In this document: in pieces, positions 63,217-64,000 of the stretch | Position numbering within the stretch: the first letter of the stretch is position 1 | Layout: the number at the start of each line of letters is the position of its first letter | From: Podarcis melisellensis | Lineage: Eukaryota | Direction: 5' to 3' (one strand) | Length of the DNA: 64,000 nucleotides | Assembly (NCBI GenBank): GCA_964234715.1 | Contig: OZ174278.1 | Program-made: the position numbers and the translations under genes | Notes under the pieces: model-generated | Database searches by the model: none | Seen by the model: only the letters and a program-made list of their open reading frames with translations | Told to the model about the DNA's origin: nothing

Positions 63217-63342
63217 TTCAGAGAGGTAGCTGTGTTAATCTGATGCACCAAAAACAAAGAAGAATCTTGTGGTACCAATGTAGACTAACCAATTTTATTA
63301 CAACATAAGGTTTTGTGGACTAGAGCTCACTTCATTGTATGC
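63217..63342. mobile_element. Penelope-like repeat fragment
   Basis: TTCAGAGAGGTAGCTGTGTTAATCTG..AAAAACAAAGAAGAATCTTGTGGTACC..AGACTAAC..CATAAG.TTTTGTGGACT..CACTTCAT, resembling reptile Penelope terminal repeats (from memory). Confidence 0.55.
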
Positions 63343-64000
63343 CTTTTATTTCAGAACCACCACAGTTCCACAGATGTTGGTGAAAGATGTCATCAATCCC
63401 CAGAGCCCTTGTTTTTCTGAAAAAATGATAATAGTAATCTCTCATCCTCTGTAACACAAGAAGTTTAAGGGAAGTGTGAGGACCATAGCAGGAGGCTGCT
63501 GTCTCATATTTCTTACCTGTTGCAATACATTTGTTTTTTTCCCCACCAGATTGTGTACCAGCAGACATGAAAATCGATAAGGCTACCATCTGGTGTGCAA
63601 TGCAATGTAAAACATGCTTACCTGACGAACTTTGACCACCTGCACCCACTAGAAAATATTTCTATTCATTAGTGTTTAATATTTTTCAGTTCTTCACAAA
63701 TATAGATCAGCGACACTGATGTTTGCAAATCTACAGCAGTCTTTTTAAAGTTTCAGTTCACTTATAGAGCATTTTGTGCTGGTGCTTGCAGAAGTGGGGA
63801 ACATATTAAGGGGTTGTTGTGTGTGAATGAAGAAAACATGGTACAAAATTGACCTGAAATTCGAGAAAGAACAAACAGGATGTTTTTGATTTGGTCTTTT
63901 TATTTATACACATAGTATAATCTGAGTGAAAACGTGTATGCTAGAGTAAGTATATATTTTTTTCTTTGGCAGATTCATAATGCTGCTTTAGTATCCCGCA

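Overview
Vertebrate genomic DNA, almost certainly from a lizard: the repeat content (Sauria-type SINE, tRNA-Lys/CR1 SINE, L2, hAT and Tc1/mariner MITEs) points to a squamate, probably a lacertid. The window holds the complete head-to-head ZIC5 (minus strand, 2 coding exons) / ZIC2 (plus strand, 3 coding exons) developmental transcription-factor pair. It lies in a CpG-rich, LINE-poor domain of about 41 kb (about 8.9-50 kb) with many candidate enhancer blocks, followed by ordinary CpG-depleted, TE-containing DNA. There are three N gaps. The most striking observation is that the 247 bp encoding the end of zinc finger 1 through finger 3 is nearly nucleotide-identical between ZIC5 (11781-12027) and ZIC2 (27396-27642). 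I count 9 mismatches, 8 in codons with amino-acid differences and 1 synonymous, while adjacent homologous sequence and exon 2 are diverged. This suggests gene conversion (concerted evolution) between anciently diverged inverted paralogs, with an assembly artefact as the main alternative. Other points are a Thr-to-Pro change in the ZIC2 ZOC motif, remodelled His/Ala tracts, two candidate ZIC5 start codons and a pervasive ~80-90 bp palindromic repeat. Comparisons with human proteins are from memory and need checking.
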